From Octopus bimaculoides (lineage: Eukaryota): a stretch of 36,329 nucleotides of DNA. Each line of letters opens with the position of its first letter. Within the stretch, counting starts at the first letter, position 1. Position numbers and translations under genes: made by a program. Below, piece by piece: positions 33,582-36,329 of the stretch. The notes under the pieces were generated by a model that did not search any database, was not told the origin of the DNA, and worked only from the letters and a program-made list of their open reading frames with translations. The DNA is taken from positions 65,587,399 to 65,623,727 of the forward strand of contig NC_068983.1 of NCBI RefSeq assembly GCF_001194135.2. Reading direction: 5' to 3'.

Positions 33582-35428
33582 GTGTGTGCGCGCGCGCGCT
33601 GATACCGTATGAGAGTTCCTGAAAAAAGCTGCCATCCTGAAAATTAGCAGTGCGTGAAATTCCAACAGCTGAGCCCCCCCACTCAGACTTTATGTCTCTC
33701 GTCCTACTTATTATATGTCGTGCTCATTATTTTATTTTATTTTATTTTATTTATGCATTCTGTTATTCAAAATTGTCAAATCATCTTTCTCTGGAAAATC
33801 TGGCTACCCATTTCTTCCTTCGAAACCAATTTCTTTGATAGAACCTATTTTATTATTTACTTTTATATTTATCTAATCATTTAAATATTTTGTTGCTTCT
33901 TTCATTAACTTTGTATTCATCTGTGGTCATTTTTTCCCCTTAAAGCAAATTATAAATGGCAACATGTTGAGTATATCTATTGCCTACAGATTTTCCAAAA
34001 ATGATGCAGACTTAAAGAAACTGCTGAATTGTAATTTCTTTAGTTGTGAGGACATCACTGAAAGCTACACCTTCATTAGTTAGCATTAATTTTTAATTCC
34101 ATGCTGCAAGCTAATGATTTGCTTATAATTTGTATAGTAGTGGTGCTATTTAGAGCAGAAAGATTTTCTTAATTTGCTAGATGAACGCGACTATTTTCAA
34201 GTGAAGTACAATACCACCAGATACTACAGTACACCAACAGACATTTATCAAACAGAAATGATAAGTGATTCTGCGTTACTCTATCCACTCGCCTAATTTG
34301 GATCTATTTCTCTTTTTTTTTTTTGTATACTCTGAGTATATTCTGACGCAGTAGTTTTACACATTTTCCTCGTTTTCCTCTGTGTTCGTGATAAATAAAG
34401 ACTTGTAATATCACAGGGTCGACAGAAGTGGGTCTGTTGTTATTTCTACACAAAACGGTTGTGCAGCTACTTAAAAACAGTCAATATCATCTATCACTGA
34501 ATGTACGATAAAAACGATCCATAGAATAAAATCGCTTTCGTTACAGCAAGACCCACAATAAAAGTAAAGTAACTATCCTAATTTGTTTTTTCCTATGCAC
34601 GACTACTCTATTTATTTATGGAATCTATCACGGCTAGTATGATCGGCATAATCTATTATTGTCAGCAAACAGATGGCAAGCTACTGGAATTTGTCTCACG
34701 GCCGAAGATTATTGAAGCTCTACTGTATTTAGAGAGAGCTAAAGTAGTTTATCCTATTTATTCTATGTTATTTATTATCATATTCCCCTCTTCTTAAGTC
34801 ACTTCAGTTTGTCTTTGTAAACGCCAGATTCCTGTCCACCAGTCCAAACATGACTCTTTGTATTTAAGTCAATAACTGCTCAGTATGACTGAAACAGGCT
34901 TTAGTTTCGATTTACTTCCTTGAAACAATGATCGATAAAAGTGTCCATAGGTTTCACGTTTCCAAACCGTGGAAACGTGTTTTTGTTCATTATTGAAGGA
35001 ACGTTTTCTAGTACACGTATACATGTAAACATAGATGCACAAATACACACTCACATCCACACAAACACATATGTAAGTAGACATATATAATTATATATAT
35101 ACATATATATGTAAATAGGCATAAGTACATGTGAGTGTGGATACATGTATGATACATATATGCGTATGTGTACATGTGCGTTTACATATATCTGTGCGTG
35201 TGTATGTGTGCGTGTACATAGTATCAACGTCAACTTAGAATGATAGTATTTATTGTACACTTTGCTGCGCAAGTCTTGTAAAAAAAAGTCATTTAAGAAT
35301 AAAGAAAATATACGAACGATTTGAAAAGAGGAACTATCTAATTTGACAGACAAACCAATACATAGAAGATAGATTCCAGCAGTAATTCCTAGAGAACATT
35401 TGTGAAGGAATGTATAAGTACATGCATT

Positions 35429-35430
<2 letters not shown>

Positions 35431-35512
<82 letters not shown>

Positions 35513-35580
35513 CATACATACATACATACATACATACATACATAGACAGATAGATAGATACATACATACATACATACACA
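35431..35580. repeat. (AT)n(GATA)n(TACA)n array
   Basis: Directly visible. Confidence 0.95.
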
Positions 35581-35654
35581 TATACTCACATACGTATGTA
35601 TATTTATATAATCATACTTTTAAGATCTACTTTTGCATTGGTCAGACGGCATTC

Positions 35655-35760
35655 ATGGAAGTACAATTTCTATGGCTGGATACCATTCCTATCGCAAACA
35701 CTCACTTATGCCCAAACAAATCAATATTTCTCCATGACAACGTATTTTTCAAATGTGACT
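35655..35760. mobile_element. Possible degenerate RTE-related SINE fragment
   Basis: tttctatggctggataccattcctatcgcaaacactcac resembles the GGATGCCCTTCCTGTCGCCAACC motif I recall from RTE-linked SINEs. Recollection only. Confidence 0.3.
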
Positions 35761-35849
35761 TCAAACTAAGAATATAACTCGTATGACAGTGACACTTGTT
35801 TACAATTAATACAGCGCGTTAAGAAAAGAAGACACAGATACCCACATAC

Positions 35850-35870
35850 GTACACACACACACACACACA

Positions 35871-35919
<49 letters not shown>

Positions 35920-36259
35920 NNNNNNNNNNNNNNNNNNNNNNNNNNNNNNNNNNNNNNNNNNNNNNNNNNNNNNNNNNNNNNNNNNNNNNNNNNNNNNNNN
36001 NNNNNNNNNNNNNNNNNNNNNNNATAAATGTGTACGACAAGCTTTTCCATTTACTAAATCCACACATAAAAATTACTTGGATTCAGGTCTTGTTGAAACA
36101 CTTACTCGGGGTATCACCAAAAGAAGCATGAATGGATTTCGTGTTCCCTCTTGCCGTAACTTGGACAATTTCCTATATGTATTGTGTTTATAAACACATG
36201 TCGATATGAGTTATTTTCTCCGGATCCATACAGCAGATTTGCTGCCGTATAAACATACG

Positions 36260-36329
<70 letters not shown>
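35850..36329. repeat. (CA)n arrays at 35850-35919 and 36264-36329
   Basis: Directly visible; the first runs into an N-gap and the second into the window end. Confidence 0.9.

Noticed and set aside
1-36329. CRISPR arrays, operons, rRNA or prokaryotic defence systems
   Set aside because: No regularly spaced repeat-spacer structure, no gene-dense coding and no rRNA-like sequence; the window is eukaryotic repeat-rich DNA.

Overview
AT-rich eukaryotic (animal) DNA with no intact, recognisable protein-coding gene. The SINE families and microsatellite density most resemble an octopus or other coleoid cephalopod; this species call is inference from memory, not a search. Five N-gaps (2054-2547, 9110-9494, 10430-10782, 24288-24486, 35920-36023) each abut microsatellites, and most long ORFs in the track are microsatellite or gap artefacts. 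The interpretable content is: (i) about ten decayed pieces of R4/Dong-type non-LTR retrotransposons (RT plus restriction-like endonuclease), several joined to sense-strand (TAA)n, with five packed co-directionally at 17.4-22.6 kb; (ii) a Tx1/L1-like 3' fragment; (iii) three tRNA-derived SINE families; (iv) two copies of a ~660-bp fold-back MITE with 26-bp GG-TIRs and 8-bp TSDs, one carrying telomere-like (TAACCC)n; (v) a hAT-like MITE; (vi) a hammerhead ribozyme motif with a complete catalytic core at ~25.0 kb; (vii) a 177-bp near-perfect palindrome at 1.7-1.9 kb. A few minus-strand candidate exons may belong to a host gene but cannot be confirmed. I see no evidence for a wholly new multi-gene system. 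The best leads are the ribozyme, the long hairpin, the telomere-repeat MITE variant and microsatellite targeting by the retrotransposons.
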